From positions 1 to 64,000 of IMG/VR virus record IMGVR_UViG_3300002220_003854: a stretch of 64,000 nucleotides of DNA, one strand, 5' to 3'. This document shows positions 18,821 through 28,875 of the stretch, in pieces. Made by a program: the position numbers and the translations under genes. The DNA comes from a virus. Taxonomy: Duplodnaviria > Caudoviricetes. The stretch's first letter is position 1, and every line of letters starts with the position of its first letter. The notes beneath the pieces were generated by a model. That model was not told the origin of the DNA. It saw only the letters and a list, made by a program, of their open reading frames with translations, and searched no databases.

Positions 18821-20011
18821 TCACAGTAATGATTGTGGTTTTATTACTAACTCTTTAGTTATATTTACCTCTGTGATATCGTTGTTTCTATATGTCTTAG
18901 CGTGAAACATATGAGGCATTAATGTTTTTTCTATCTCAGTATGCAATCCTCTGGCCCCGGTCTTTAGTTTTAGGCATTGATCAACTATTTGTTCTATTGC
19001 AGATTGCTCAAAGGACAATTTCAGTTTATCCAAAGAAAATAAGTATTTGTATTGAGCTATATAATTATTTTTAACTCCAGTTAATACGTTAAGTAATTCT
19101 TTTTTGTTTAACTCGGATAAACTAACAGTAGTTGTAAATCTACCGACGAACTCGGGTATCATTCCAAACTTAGTGAGGTCTTCTGGCGTAACCATCGATA
19201 AATCTGCATTTTCCACCTCACTGATGTTTGCACCAAACCCAATCGAAGTACCCTTTACCCTAGACTTCAATAAGTCATTTAAGCCCACGAATGCTCCACC
19301 TGCCACAAACAATATATTTTTTGTGTTTACTTCTAGCATGTCACCGCTAGGGTGCTTTCTGCCGCCGCTGCTAGGAATTCTGCATGCGGTACCTTCAACT
19401 AATTTCAGTAGAGCTTGCTGAACACCTTCTCCCGAAACATCTCTAGTTATGCTGGTACTTTCCCCTTTACGCGCTATCTTGTCAATCTCGTCTATGAACA
19501 CTATTCCGCGTTCAGCCAATGATACATCACCGTTCGCTGAGTTTACTAACATACTAATCATAGATTCAACATCATCTCCCACGTATCCGGCTTCAGTCAA
19601 ACTAGTCGCATCAGTAACTACAAAGGGAACATTTAAATATTTTGCTACTGTTTTTGCCAATAGTGTCTTACCTGATCCAGTTGGTCCGACCAATAGTATA
19701 TTACTCTTTTTTAGTTCTAAATCCGACGATGGATTATTTATACGTTTATAATGGTTAGTTATAGCAACACTCAACGCCATCTTCGCTAAATCTTGCCCTA
19801 TTACGTGTTCATCTAGGTATTGTTTAATACTTATAGCATCATACTCAGAATTGACGGCTTTTTCTTCTGGGAATTCATCTTTGATCAACTGATTACACAG
19901 TGCTATGCAATCACTGCATATAGACACTTCTTCAGATACAATTAATTTTTTTACAATATCTTTGTGATTCCCGCAAAATGAACAATGTGATATTTTATTT
20001 TCTGTGGACAT
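18821..20011 (-). CDS. clpX: ATP-dependent Clp protease ATP-binding subunit ClpX
   Basis: CSFCG zinc finger, GPTGSGKT, TEAGYVG, DEIDK, RDVSGEGVQQALLK, TGARGL. Confidence 0.95.
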   Translation of the reverse strand: MSTENKISHCSFCGNHKDIVKKLIVSEEVSICSDCIALCNQLIKDEFPEEKAVNSEYDAISIKQYLDEHVIGQDLAKMALSVAITNHYKRINNPSSDLELKKSNILLVGPTGSGKTLLAKTVAKYLNVPFVVTDATSLTEAGYVGDDVESMISMLVNSANGDVSLAERGIVFIDEIDKIARKGESTSITRDVSGEGVQQALLKLVEGTACRIPSSGGRKHPSGDMLEVNTKNILFVAGGAFVGLNDLLKSRVKGTSIGFGANISEVENADLSMVTPEDLTKFGMIPEFVGRFTTTVSLSELNKKELLNVLTGVKNNYIAQYKYLFSLDKLKLSFEQSAIEQIVDQCLKLKTGARGLHTEIEKTLMPHMFHAKTYRNNDITEVNITKELVIKPQSLL

Positions 20012-20026
20012 GTTTTACTATAATCT

Positions 20027-21466
20027 TTATACAGGTTTGTTTTCTCTAAGATATTTTTCTATTTCACTTTTTTCAATGTCAGTTAATAAATCAACATCGT
20101 ATTCGCCATTATCTATTTTAGATATCAAATATTTAATATAGCTGTTGTTATTCAGGTATGAATCTGTTTGTTTTTTGTTCACTTCAATCCATTTATCCCC
20201 GCTAAATTTATAAACTTTATTTGGCAACATGTCTACTCTAACAAATACGTCACCCTTATTCGACAATTTCGGAAATTGAGTACCAAAGCTAGCGTTTCTG
20301 CGATTATCTGTAGTGGTAAATAACTCAGGACGAATTTGCTTAAATGCATCTATTTGTATAGCCTTACCCTCATATGAGACATAGCCATTGCCCAAATCTT
20401 TATATACTTTTTGCTTTGTGTTAAATTCTACTACGTTATCAGGCTCAAGTGTAGTGCCTGGCATTGGATCTGGTATCGGATCTGGTATCGGATCTGGTAG
20501 TTTATTTTCATCGCGATGCAATTCAACTAGTTGCAATTCGACTTCCTGTTTAGGAGAAGATGGTGCTTCAACGACTGTGGCCACTTCATTTATCGGGTCA
20601 ACCTTCACTTGATCTTCAACCGGTGCGACTGCAGTATACTCGGGTTCTTTAGGTGGATCGATGGGCGCTGGTGCACTCTCTTTAGTGCGTGCTTCTTTAT
20701 CCCATTGCTTGCTATTATTCGAAGCTAGAACCAATGCGATAGCGAGAGGATCGAACACTAGAACTAATAAGATTGTTACCCAACGGACCGCTCTTTCTAA
20801 TACGTTTTGATTAGGATCGTCACCGTATAACAATGCAGCAATGTATTTTATTGGTCCAACCTCGGCTTCTACTTTTCGTAGTTGGCTAGCTACCGGGCTA
20901 CGTTCTTCATTTAATTTTGATATTCTTTGTTGGGCTTCACCTATTTCTTTCTGCAACTTTGCACGCTCGGGTGCTTGTTGTCTACGTATCGTAATTGCCC
21001 GTTCGGCGCCTTGTTCTGAATTTCCTCTAGCAAGTCGTTGATTGATTTGGTCGTCCATTTGACTCAACGCTTTTCTAGCTAAGTCGATATTATCTTTTTC
21101 TGTTTTTATTTTTTCATCAAACAGAGAAACTTGTGCTGCAATATCTCCTGTTGGGACGCCCTGGTCAATGTGTGCTCTGCTCAAAAAACCAAATATACCC
21201 ATGCTGGTTAATAAGGCAAGAGCTACTACAGCAGACACCAGATAGGTTTTTAACACCAGTCCACATTTATCCCAGTATGTTCGTAGCCATACTGTAGTCG
21301 TTATTTTTCCTATTTCTAATATGGAACCCATTATAATAACAGGAATAACCGCACCGGCAAAGATAGCGGTTAATCCTATAATACTATAGTATGCTGCAAT
21401 GGCACTTATAGCTAAAGCTACTACCATTGTCACATTAGAAATGTTTATTACATTTTTTATACCCAT
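20027..21466 (-). CDS. membrane-anchored coiled-coil phage protein
   Basis: Three N-terminal TM segments, coiled coil, EVGPIKYIA, Pro-rich linker; TATAAATA at 21471-21478. Confidence 0.8.
   Translation of the reverse strand: MGIKNVINISNVTMVVALAISAIAAYYSIIGLTAIFAGAVIPVIIMGSILEIGKITTTVWLRTYWDKCGLVLKTYLVSAVVALALLTSMGIFGFLSRAHIDQGVPTGDIAAQVSLFDEKIKTEKDNIDLARKALSQMDDQINQRLARGNSEQGAERAITIRRQQAPERAKLQKEIGEAQQRISKLNEERSPVASQLRKVEAEVGPIKYIAALLYGDDPNQNVLERAVRWVTILLVLVFDPLAIALVLASNNSKQWDKEARTKESAPAPIDPPKEPEYTAVAPVEDQVKVDPINEVATVVEAPSSPKQEVELQLVELHRDENKLPDPIPDPIPDPMPGTTLEPDNVVEFNTKQKVYKDLGNGYVSYEGKAIQIDAFKQIRPELFTTTDNRRNASFGTQFPKLSNKGDVFVRVDMLPNKVYKFSGDKWIEVNKKQTDSYLNNNSYIKYLISKIDNGEYDVDLLTDIEKSEIEKYLRENKPV
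20466..20499. repeat. 12-bp tandem repeat encoding PDPI
   Basis: ggatctggtatc x~3. Confidence 0.8.
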
Positions 21467-21490
21467 GTAGTATTTATAGTTTCCTTCGTA

Positions 21491-21700
21491 TTAAATATCT
21501 TTGTCTTCTAAGTCAAATAGATGTCCATAATGATCCATGAATTCTGACATAGGCATTACTAATTTGCGAGGAATGCCTGGACCGTCTTGTGCCAAATAGG
21601 TAACATAGAGTTGATTTTCATCACGCTCTTTAACTTGAATTACAGTTAAAGAATTCCCGTCTGAAAATATATGCGATTTTCCAACTAGATCAGTAGTCAT
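21491..21700 (-). CDS. small hypothetical protein
   Basis: ORF track. Confidence 0.6.
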   Translation of the reverse strand: MTTDLVGKSHIFSDGNSLTVIQVKERDENQLYVTYLAQDGPGIPRKLVMPMSEFMDHYGHLFDLEDKDI

Positions 21701-21878
21701 GAACTTTGTACATTGCCTCTGATATAGCAGTGCAATTACACCAGGGTTCTTCTAACTTAGTTAGAGTATTGCTGAAATCTGCAGTGTCGTAAGTAGAACA
21801 GAATAATACGTCCTGTTCATTTTCAGTTTTGTACTTTTTTTCTACTTGGTGATACTCGTTTTTTAACAGTTGATGCAT
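21690..21878 (-). CDS. small hypothetical protein
   Basis: AGGAG SD upstream of ATG. Confidence 0.5.
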   Translation of the reverse strand: MHQLLKNEYHQVEKKYKTENEQDVLFCSTYDTADFSNTLTKLEEPWCNCTAISEAMYKVHDY

Positions 21879-22122
21879 CGGTTAACTCCTGTAGTTTTTT
21901 AACGTCTTTGTGCTTTGGATTAATGATGGTGTGCCATACATTTTTGTACTTGATTGGCAAATCTGAAAAAACAGTAAGAACAGGTCCAGTTTCATCGTTG
22001 ATGACTGTATCATTAGCTACACTGCCTACAAATGGTATTTTGTTCCATTTACCGATTACACGATCACCCAATAGATATTTTGGTTTATACCTATTTTTAT
22101 CAAAGTAATCTGAGACTTTCAT
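21823..22122 (-). CDS. hypothetical protein (SH3-like)
   Basis: KYLLGDRV.GKWNKIPFVGSV. Confidence 0.6.
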   Translation of the reverse strand: MKVSDYFDKNRYKPKYLLGDRVIGKWNKIPFVGSVANDTVINDETGPVLTVFSDLPIKYKNVWHTIINPKHKDVKKLQELTDASTVKKRVSPSRKKVQN

Positions 22123-22123
22123 C

Positions 22124-22432
22124 TTATGCCTTGGGCAGACTCACATACCCTAAGTATGCCTTTAATGCTTCATCTGTGATTCCAGGAGTATTACTGAACG
22201 TATATCCTTTATTCAAGAGATTCTTAATATAAACCTTATTGTAGAAGAACGAACAAACAAGTCCCGCGAGCCCGTAAGTTAGAATAGAAGCCACGATAAG
22301 TAGTACGCCCCATAGCCAATCTTGCCTGAACAGACAAGGCCAGCCTCCGAAGAAAAGTACGGTCCAACTAAACCCAACTGGTGCCTTCTTAATTTCGACG
22401 CCGTTGGTCAAATAAACTGTAGTAAATGCCAT
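22124..22432 (-). CDS. small membrane protein (DUF2628-like)
   Basis: KKAPVGFSWT.LFFG, FYNKVYI..LL.KGY. Confidence 0.65.
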   Translation of the reverse strand: MAFTTVYLTNGVEIKKAPVGFSWTVLFFGGWPCLFRQDWLWGVLLIVASILTYGLAGLVCSFFYNKVYIKNLLNKGYTFSNTPGITDEALKAYLGYVSLPKA

Positions 22433-22521
22433 TTTTAAATATCCTTTAAGTTTGTAATTGTTGTGACGCTACAATTATTGCGACTGCTATTCAGCAGTAG
22501 AGAATTACCAGTATAGCAATG

Positions 22522-23856
22522 TTACTTGTCGTCACGGAAGCACTTGAACCTAGGAAATCGAAGTGAGTAAGTGCCGTCACGGTTTTGTGTGATTGCATCT
22601 GCCATTACCACAGCAGTTTGACCAATAACCAGACTACGGTTATCCCAATACATAGTTCGCTCATCGTCAGTAAAGCCACTGCCAACATTGACGGTAATGT
22701 GCTTTCCGCCATCGGTCCCCTCACAAACCAATGCTCCCATTCTTCCAGCATGCTTACCAGTTCCTTCCTCAACTCCAATAACGGTTAGATCGTAATCATG
22801 TACAGGCTTATATTTCATCCAAAATGTATTGCGTTTACATTCATATGGCGCATTAACGTCTTTGATCATTACGCCTTCGAAACCCATTGTTACCATGTCG
22901 TTACAGTAACGGGTGAATTGATCTTTACCGGCCGCAGTGTCTAGGTCTACTAGAATGTGTGGTAATAGTTCTACATTTGGCATTTCATCAATTACAGGAC
23001 GAATATCTTCTAGCAAATTCATTCGCTTACTGGTTTTCATATTCCAGAACCCGCGCTTAAAGTCTGCTAGAGGTAGAACGTCGAACACGTTGAATACACT
23101 GTCGGTGGCTTTGACGTTTTCTTTGCGTCGTGCTTGACGCATTAGTTCTTGAAAGCTATTATCAATAACTTCGCCGTCGAGTACAAATCCGCCAGACATA
23201 GAGAACCAATTAGTTTTTCCGATGAGCTTAGCATAGTTATTTTGAATTTGTTCTTCGATGTGGGTGAAGTTTTCAAAGACTTTACCATTGCGACTGTAAC
23301 TAACGACAGTGGCTTGGGCATTATTGATAGTCACTACCATCAGCACCCGGACGCCGTCTAACTTAGGCTCCAGACGCTTAATTCCTGCCATTTCGGGCCT
23401 ATCCTCACAATTAGTTGCAAGCTGACAACCGAAGATGGGAATTTCATATTCCGTGTTCTTACAAATCTTGTTGACTGTTTTGTCTGATACGCCAGAACGT
23501 AGACCGCGCCTTAGTACTGGTGCTAAGAAGATATTCCATTCTTCGCTATCGAAGCGCTCAGCCATAACTTGAATGGCACTTCTAGCTGCGTTGCCAGTCA
23601 CTTCACGCCTAGAAAGCTTAATCAGCAAATCATTATACTCATGCCATGGATTTTCAGCCCCGGTGATACCGACTGTGCTAGGAATTTGCTTGACGCCAAA
23701 AGTTACGTATGGATTGAGACAGGCTTTGGTTAGACCTAGAAAAATCTGTGCATTAGTAGAGCCTAAAGTAGATGCTTCTAGTGCTTGCTTGATCACATCT
23801 TCCTTGTGAAGACGACTATTGGACAAGTTTAGTTTGTTAATCCATGACGCTGACAT
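22522..23856 (-). CDS. ATP-dependent DNA ligase
   Basis: EPKLDGVR, LDGE, FDV, EGVMIK, WMKYK, SLRFPRF. Confidence 0.95.
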   Translation of the reverse strand: MSASWINKLNLSNSRLHKEDVIKQALEASTLGSTNAQIFLGLTKACLNPYVTFGVKQIPSTVGITGAENPWHEYNDLLIKLSRREVTGNAARSAIQVMAERFDSEEWNIFLAPVLRRGLRSGVSDKTVNKICKNTEYEIPIFGCQLATNCEDRPEMAGIKRLEPKLDGVRVLMVVTINNAQATVVSYSRNGKVFENFTHIEEQIQNNYAKLIGKTNWFSMSGGFVLDGEVIDNSFQELMRQARRKENVKATDSVFNVFDVLPLADFKRGFWNMKTSKRMNLLEDIRPVIDEMPNVELLPHILVDLDTAAGKDQFTRYCNDMVTMGFEGVMIKDVNAPYECKRNTFWMKYKPVHDYDLTVIGVEEGTGKHAGRMGALVCEGTDGGKHITVNVGSGFTDDERTMYWDNRSLVIGQTAVVMADAITQNRDGTYSLRFPRFKCFRDDK

Positions 23857-23884
23857 TAAATTTTCCTTATATTAAAGAGCTATT

Positions 23885-24241
23885 TTACTTTACTTCTGTG
23901 CTATTGTCAACATCTTTGTTCAAAATATTAAGCAATTTTCTATTGTTAACATCTTGTTCTTTGCGTGCCCGCTTGGTATTATCCGAAAGCCGAATCAGTT
24001 GATCATACTCCCTTGCCCACTGAACCCCACGCAACCAAACTTCTAGTTCTTCTAGTGTGCCGACGAAGATGTCAACGTCACGAGAATATACGGGAAGTGA
24101 TTCGCTGTCTTTGGGTTTTAGTGCGATTCGTGAACCGTACTCATTACTATTGTAATGTTTAGGGTTTGCTAGCATGAACCCCAATTCATCGCATTCTTTT
24201 TCAATTCTCCGAAGAAGAAGAACGGTATTATAACCTGCCAT
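23885..24241 (-). CDS. hypothetical protein
   Basis: ORF track. Confidence 0.65.
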   Translation of the reverse strand: MAGYNTVLLLRRIEKECDELGFMLANPKHYNSNEYGSRIALKPKDSESLPVYSRDVDIFVGTLEELEVWLRGVQWAREYDQLIRLSDNTKRARKEQDVNNRKLLNILNKDVDNSTEVK

Positions 24242-24282
24242 GTTAACAATCCCTGTGAACAGCGTTTGACATCTTTTCTATT

Positions 24283-24489
24283 TTAACTCTTAAAGATTTT
24301 ATCCAACACTAGTTCTGCTAGATCGGTTTCAGTTACCTCATCAAATGCGGTAGCAATCATGAGTTCGTACACCACTTGAGCTTCAGTGCCCAAGACAGAT
24401 AGGATATAGTTGACTTGTTTTTGGTCAGTTGCTGCCCACAGCAGGTTCGCAATATGCACTTGGAAGTCATTTTTCAGTACAAGTTTCAT
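24283..24489 (-). CDS. small hypothetical protein
   Basis: ORF track, coupled to upstream gene. Confidence 0.6.
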   Translation of the reverse strand: MKLVLKNDFQVHIANLLWAATDQKQVNYILSVLGTEAQVVYELMIATAFDEVTETDLAELVLDKIFKS

Positions 24490-25130
24490 CAGATAAACAC
24501 CTTTGCATAATTCAGTTGGGTTGAGTTTTCTTTGTGCGCTTTGACCTTCGCCTCTACCGTGACAAATTTGCCCAAATCAAGAAAAGCTCGGTGGGCAAAA
24601 TACACAATCTGATCTTCTTTAGTGATGCAGGTTACGAAATACGTATTGTATTGTTGTGAATAATTGCACTTCAGGACTTCACACTGTTCTAGACGAATTT
24701 TATTGCCAGGAACACCGATGCAGCCACCTGTTGCAAAATTAATTCGTTGATTTACTTGGTCTCTAACCGCCGTTCGTTCATACGTTGAGGGCAGAGAGCA
24801 AATAACTGCGATATCGTAATTGGCTTGAATGGTATCCCTGTTCGAGATGACCATGGCATTATTTTCAAAATCATTCAGCTTAATGCCTTTAAGGATTTTG
24901 AAAGTTAGACCTTTAAAGTAGGTGCGAACTTTTTCAGCCTGGTCTCGGTCGCATTGCTGGATCAAGTCAGTTTGGCCCAAAAACAGATCGACAATTTGAC
25001 GATTAGTGTCTCCCTTCTCACCTACGGGAATGAACTTCACATAATTCCCGTTAATTCGCTGAGCAGCGCAGGCTGCTGCCCACACATCGTTGGCGTCAAA
25101 ATTAAATACGGAGTGTTGTTTGCGAGCCAT
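24489..25130 (-). CDS. hypothetical protein with C-terminal OB-fold-like region
   Basis: VTVEAKVKAH..TQLNYAKV; promoter upstream. Confidence 0.65.
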   Translation of the reverse strand: MARKQHSVFNFDANDVWAAACAAQRINGNYVKFIPVGEKGDTNRQIVDLFLGQTDLIQQCDRDQAEKVRTYFKGLTFKILKGIKLNDFENNAMVISNRDTIQANYDIAVICSLPSTYERTAVRDQVNQRINFATGGCIGVPGNKIRLEQCEVLKCNYSQQYNTYFVTCITKEDQIVYFAHRAFLDLGKFVTVEAKVKAHKENSTQLNYAKVFI

Positions 25131-25159
25131 TATTCGTATTGCTTAATTGTGAAGAATCA

Positions 25160-25188
25160 ATTGTACTTGTTATTGTAATTATTGTCAA
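25160..25188 (-). promoter_or_regulatory. sigma70-type early promoter
   Basis: TTGACA-17nt-TACAAT. Confidence 0.75.
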
Positions 25189-25199
25189 CCCCAATGTTG

Positions 25200-25502
25200 T
25201 CAACGTACGCCACTGGTCATGTCACGAACCAGACGCTTATATCCCTCGGTACTGACTTCATATCCAGCGTTTTTGAGCATACGCTTGACATTCGGATGAA
25301 TGTACCCCTTTGCGCTGAGAATGGACAGAGGAGCTTCACCATTCTCAATTTTGAGAAAGTATTCCTCAACTGTAAAGTTCTTAACCAAGAACGTCAAAAA
25401 CGTAGCCTTACCACTCTTGTTGTGCTTAAATCGGGCGACAAACTTGCCACCGTATGTAACGTACTCTTGGCCAGAAAACTCAGACTTGACGAATTTAGTC
25501 AT
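25200..25502 (-). CDS. hypothetical protein
   Basis: ORF track; promoter upstream. Confidence 0.7.
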   Translation of the reverse strand: MTKFVKSEFSGQEYVTYGGKFVARFKHNKSGKATFLTFLVKNFTVEEYFLKIENGEAPLSILSAKGYIHPNVKRMLKNAGYEVSTEGYKRLVRDMTSGVR

Positions 25503-25527
25503 TTACGACTCACTCAACAATAGAAGT

Positions 25528-25556
25528 ATTATATGCCCTATCTGATTTATTGTCAA
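25528..25556 (-). promoter_or_regulatory. sigma70-type early promoter
   Basis: TTGACA-17nt-TATAAT. Confidence 0.85.
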
Positions 25557-25815
25557 ATCATCAGAGGGCGGATATCCGTAACGGTGAATTTCCAATATAC
25601 TGTACATTAGTATAGGTTGTATATAAAATTAAGTAGTAACATACACGTATTGTAGCATTGGGTATACTATAGATGGGATGCCGAGACCACTGTACATAGT
25701 AAGTACATACAGAAATAACTACGAAAGCTATTATGAATAATAACGTAACTCAGGAACAAATCCATATCTATTTCAAACGTGCCGATCTGGGCGGCAATTG
25801 CGTCCGCAATGACAT

Positions 25816-26421
25816 ATGGAAACAATAAATCAATCGCAGGTGAATATTCTATGTTGTCATGCCTGGAGTGATTTAGTAGAATTGTTAAAAACTCAACCAA
25901 AATCAATATGCGTTAACGCAGATGAATTGCAATATACTTCTTGCATAGAGATAGTAAATATGATAAACACACTTGCTAAATTATCAGGAATCGATAAGAT
26001 AACCGTGACGCTAGGTGTCAACAAAAATACTACGTTGCAGCAAGTTAAAGAGGCGCAAAAAAGCGAAATGTTTGGTATAGTACCGTCGATCAGTGACTAT
26101 GACATAATCGAAACTACTAGAGGATTATGCGCCCAATGGAACAACATACCGTATTGGCCTAAACACATACTGGATGAATTACCTGGAGCAAAGAAACCGG
26201 CAGTAAAAGTACAGACTGAAATCAATCTGACTCCCAGACAAGAACAGATATTACACCTAATACAAGAACGCGGAGCAAGCAATAAAACGATAGCTAAAAC
26301 ATTGCATATAACCGAAAGCACTGTTAAATTGCACGTCGGGATAGTCCTTAAAAAATTTGGTGTAAAGAATAGGACTCAATTAGCATTATTCGGGAAAAGT
26401 AAGAATCAACAAAGTGAATGA
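25816..26421 (+). CDS. LuxR-family HTH transcriptional regulator
   Basis: LTPRQEQILHLI..GASNKTIA..L.ITESTVKLHVG.VLKKFGV.NRTQLA. Confidence 0.9.
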   Translation: METINQSQVNILCCHAWSDLVELLKTQPKSICVNADELQYTSCIEIVNMINTLAKLSGIDKITVTLGVNKNTTLQQVKEAQKSEMFGIVPSISDYDIIETTRGLCAQWNNIPYWPKHILDELPGAKKPAVKVQTEINLTPRQEQILHLIQERGASNKTIAKTLHITESTVKLHVGIVLKKFGVKNRTQLALFGKSKNQQSE

Positions 26422-26567
26422 TTGCCCCCTAAATAATTAGTTATAAAGTCTAATGTGTCTATGTGTACTGGCTGCGTCCATTGAAATTACTTTAAGTATT
26501 ATAGAGAAATGCAACTTTAGTGAATGGTTCACTATTAACGCTGTTCTCTAATTTAAGGAAAATTAAA

Positions 26568-27362
26568 ATGGCAGACGTAGATACAGCAATGCTATCAAAA
26601 GAACACAGCGACATCCGTCGTGAAGGCGCTGAGCACACCTCCGACATCCGTCGTGAAGCAGCAGAACACCGCGCATCAATGACACAAGAAAACATGAAGG
26701 GTTTTGACCGTGTTAATGCTGATGTTCTGAGAGGAACAAATGAGATAGTTAAAGAAGGTTTGAAAGAATCTTTCAATATTCGCGGTGATGTTAAAGACAG
26801 TCGGTATGATGTGTCTGAGCGGGTTGGTAATCAAGGTGATCGCATTGTTGATAGACTAACAGAGCATGACTCAAGGGTTGCTGCTCGTTTCTTTGACGTT
26901 GGACGTGACACACAAGACATTCGTGCTCAAATTATTTCAGCACAACAGGCAATGGTTACTGGTTTCTTGGGAGTTACTAAGGACACAGAAATTGCTGCTC
27001 TGAAGACTCAGATGGATGCTAGTAAAAATACTTCTTACATTGTTGATAAGGTCACATCAGACGGTGACAAGACTCGTACTCTTATCAACGATCTCAAGTA
27101 TCACGATCTAAACCGTGGCCTAGTAGAGCGTCAAACCGCTTTAGTAAGTGCCGAACATGAGCATCGTCACTATCGTGACCGTTGGTTAGATGGTCGTTTT
27201 GATCAAAACCAAGCACAGTTCGCTGGACAGTGGGCACAGTTGCAGAGCCAATTACAAGCATTCCAGAGTCAACTACAAGAGACTCGTCAAGGTATGGTTA
27301 ATTTCGGCACTATGTCTGGTCAGTCTGGACAACAATCAAGCACTAGCAACAACGTAAGATAA
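26568..27362 (+). CDS. coiled-coil protein with SDIRRE repeats and Gln-rich C-terminus
   Basis: Start MADVDT after AAGGA; biased cgt/gct codons; strong terminator follows. Confidence 0.75.
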   Translation: MADVDTAMLSKEHSDIRREGAEHTSDIRREAAEHRASMTQENMKGFDRVNADVLRGTNEIVKEGLKESFNIRGDVKDSRYDVSERVGNQGDRIVDRLTEHDSRVAARFFDVGRDTQDIRAQIISAQQAMVTGFLGVTKDTEIAALKTQMDASKNTSYIVDKVTSDGDKTRTLINDLKYHDLNRGLVERQTALVSAEHEHRHYRDRWLDGRFDQNQAQFAGQWAQLQSQLQAFQSQLQETRQGMVNFGTMSGQSGQQSSTSNNVR

Positions 27363-27394
27363 TCGGTTCGCTTCCGATGTGTTGTAGCAAGGTT

Positions 27395-27426
27395 GGGGCG
27401 GGCTATAAAAGGCCCGCCCCTTTTTT
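27395..27426 (+). terminator. rho-independent terminator
   Basis: ggggcgggc-loop-gcccgcccc followed by T run. Confidence 0.9.
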
Positions 27427-27441
27427 AAGATAGGAGATGCT

Positions 27442-28050
27442 ATGAATGGCCTAGAACGAAGACTAGTGGAATTGAACGAAGCACTGTTGAAATTAAATGC
27501 TGGGGAGAAATTAGACCCTAAGATATTTGATCAAGCAAGACAAGTGTTAAGTGGTGGCACTACTATTAACACTGGGCCGGGCGATGACACTGTGATAATA
27601 AACCAAGGAGCAGGAGATGACTGTAAAGAATGTCCCCCAGGACCCCCAGGACCCCCAGGCCCTCCGGGACCTGCAGGAGAGGTTGGTCCGCCTGGAGAAC
27701 CAGGCCCTCCGGGAGAATCTGGCCCTCCAGGACCTCCTGGTCCGCCTGGAGAATGTTCTAACGCATGCAATAGAGTTTTGGTATCGCAAGACTACACTGC
27801 TAAAGTGGATGATTATTATATTGGTGTTAATAGTACTGGACCGGTTACTATCACACTTCCCTCAGATTGTGCAAATAGTTGCGAGATTGTGGTAAAAGCT
27901 GAAATGGGACCCCCATTAGGTAATCGAAAGATTACCATAGTACCGGCTGACGAATGGCAAACTATAGACGGGTCTTCAGAGTACATAATTGAAGTTCCGT
28001 ATCAGGCAGTGAATCTTATATGCAATGGAGGTGACTGGTGGATCATATAG
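27442..28050 (+). CDS. collagen-like (Gly-Pro-Pro) protein with C-terminal beta domain
   Basis: About 12 GXP triplets flanked by Cys pairs; [14 protein letters not shown] domain. Confidence 0.85.
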   Translation: MNGLERRLVELNEALLKLNAGEKLDPKIFDQARQVLSGGTTINTGPGDDTVIINQGAGDDCKECPPGPPGPPGPPGPAGEVGPPGEPGPPGESGPPGPPGPPGECSNACNRVLVSQDYTAKVDDYYIGVNSTGPVTITLPSDCANSCEIVVKAEMGPPLGNRKITIVPADEWQTIDGSSEYIIEVPYQAVNLICNGGDWWII

Positions 28051-28484
28051 ATGTCTCTCCCACTAATCTAGAAATATTAAGATTAGCGAAAGAATTAGCT
28101 TATAGTGACTATAATAATCGCAAAGCGGACCTGCATAACAGGTGGGTAGCAGAAAGTGATTATATGTGGAGAACCCATAAGTTGAGAGTCGCTTATCCAC
28201 CCATACCATCTTTTCCATCTGAAGAAGATATAATGAAAATTGCATCTAGGTTACTTGAATTTTTAAGTATACCCAGAACTGATTTTGAAAATCAAGCTGC
28301 TATAAAGGAAGTGACAGAATTAATTTATCAGACTACTATTGATTTAGACGAAGAAAAACAAATTGTAGAACCAGTAGTATCTAACTCTACCGAATTAACT
28401 ACCAAAGAAAATTCTAAAGAAGATGTAGTAGAAGTTACCAAAAACAACACCGTATTAGACAAAATCAAAAAAATATGGAAATAA
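28038..28484 (+). CDS. hypothetical protein
   Basis: [15 protein letters not shown] resembles N-terminus of 29349..29618. Confidence 0.6.
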   Translation: MDHIDVSPTNLEILRLAKELAYSDYNNRKADLHNRWVAESDYMWRTHKLRVAYPPIPSFPSEEDIMKIASRLLEFLSIPRTDFENQAAIKEVTELIYQTTIDLDEEKQIVEPVVSNSTELTTKENSKEDVVEVTKNNTVLDKIKKIWK

Positions 28485-28500
28485 CCTTAAGGAGACTAAC

Positions 28501-28875
28501 ATGAATAATAGACCTAAAATGTTTAGAGGACCTAAACAAAACTCTAAACCCGGACACTATCCGCAAGACCGTTACTGGCCCCACGACTATCATTGGCGAA
28601 GGTATTGTAATTGGGATGACAGATACTGGGATGATGACAGATACTGGGATGATGACAGATATTATGTACAAGAGCCAATTAGAAACGCTGGACCAAGCGG
28701 ACCGAGTGGCCCGAGACCAGCGAAAATGGAAGAAAGTTATTGCGATTGGTATATAACTATGGCGTATCAACAAGGATACAAAGATGGGTTTAAAGCAGGG
28801 TTAGATTATGCAAAACAGGAAGAATCTGACACTGTAATACCTGAAACTACAGAAACTAAGGCAGAAACTAAATGA
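28501..28875 (+). CDS. low-complexity protein with WDDDRY repeats
   Basis: SD AAGGAG; YQQGYKDGFKAG motif. Confidence 0.7.
   Translation: MNNRPKMFRGPKQNSKPGHYPQDRYWPHDYHWRRYCNWDDRYWDDDRYWDDDRYYVQEPIRNAGPSGPSGPRPAKMEESYCDWYITMAYQQGYKDGFKAGLDYAKQEESDTVIPETTETKAETK
28612..28662. repeat. 18-bp tandem repeat (tgggatgatgacagatac)
   Basis: One partial and two near-perfect units, in frame. Confidence 0.85.

Noticed and set aside
25596-25712. LexA SOS boxes upstream of luxR
   Set aside because: Only near matches (CTGT-N8-ATAG; wrong spacing for the second); insufficient support.
28612-28662. Repeat as a mini-CRISPR or DGR repeat
   Set aside because: In-frame tandem coding repeat; no spacers and no reverse transcriptase in the window.
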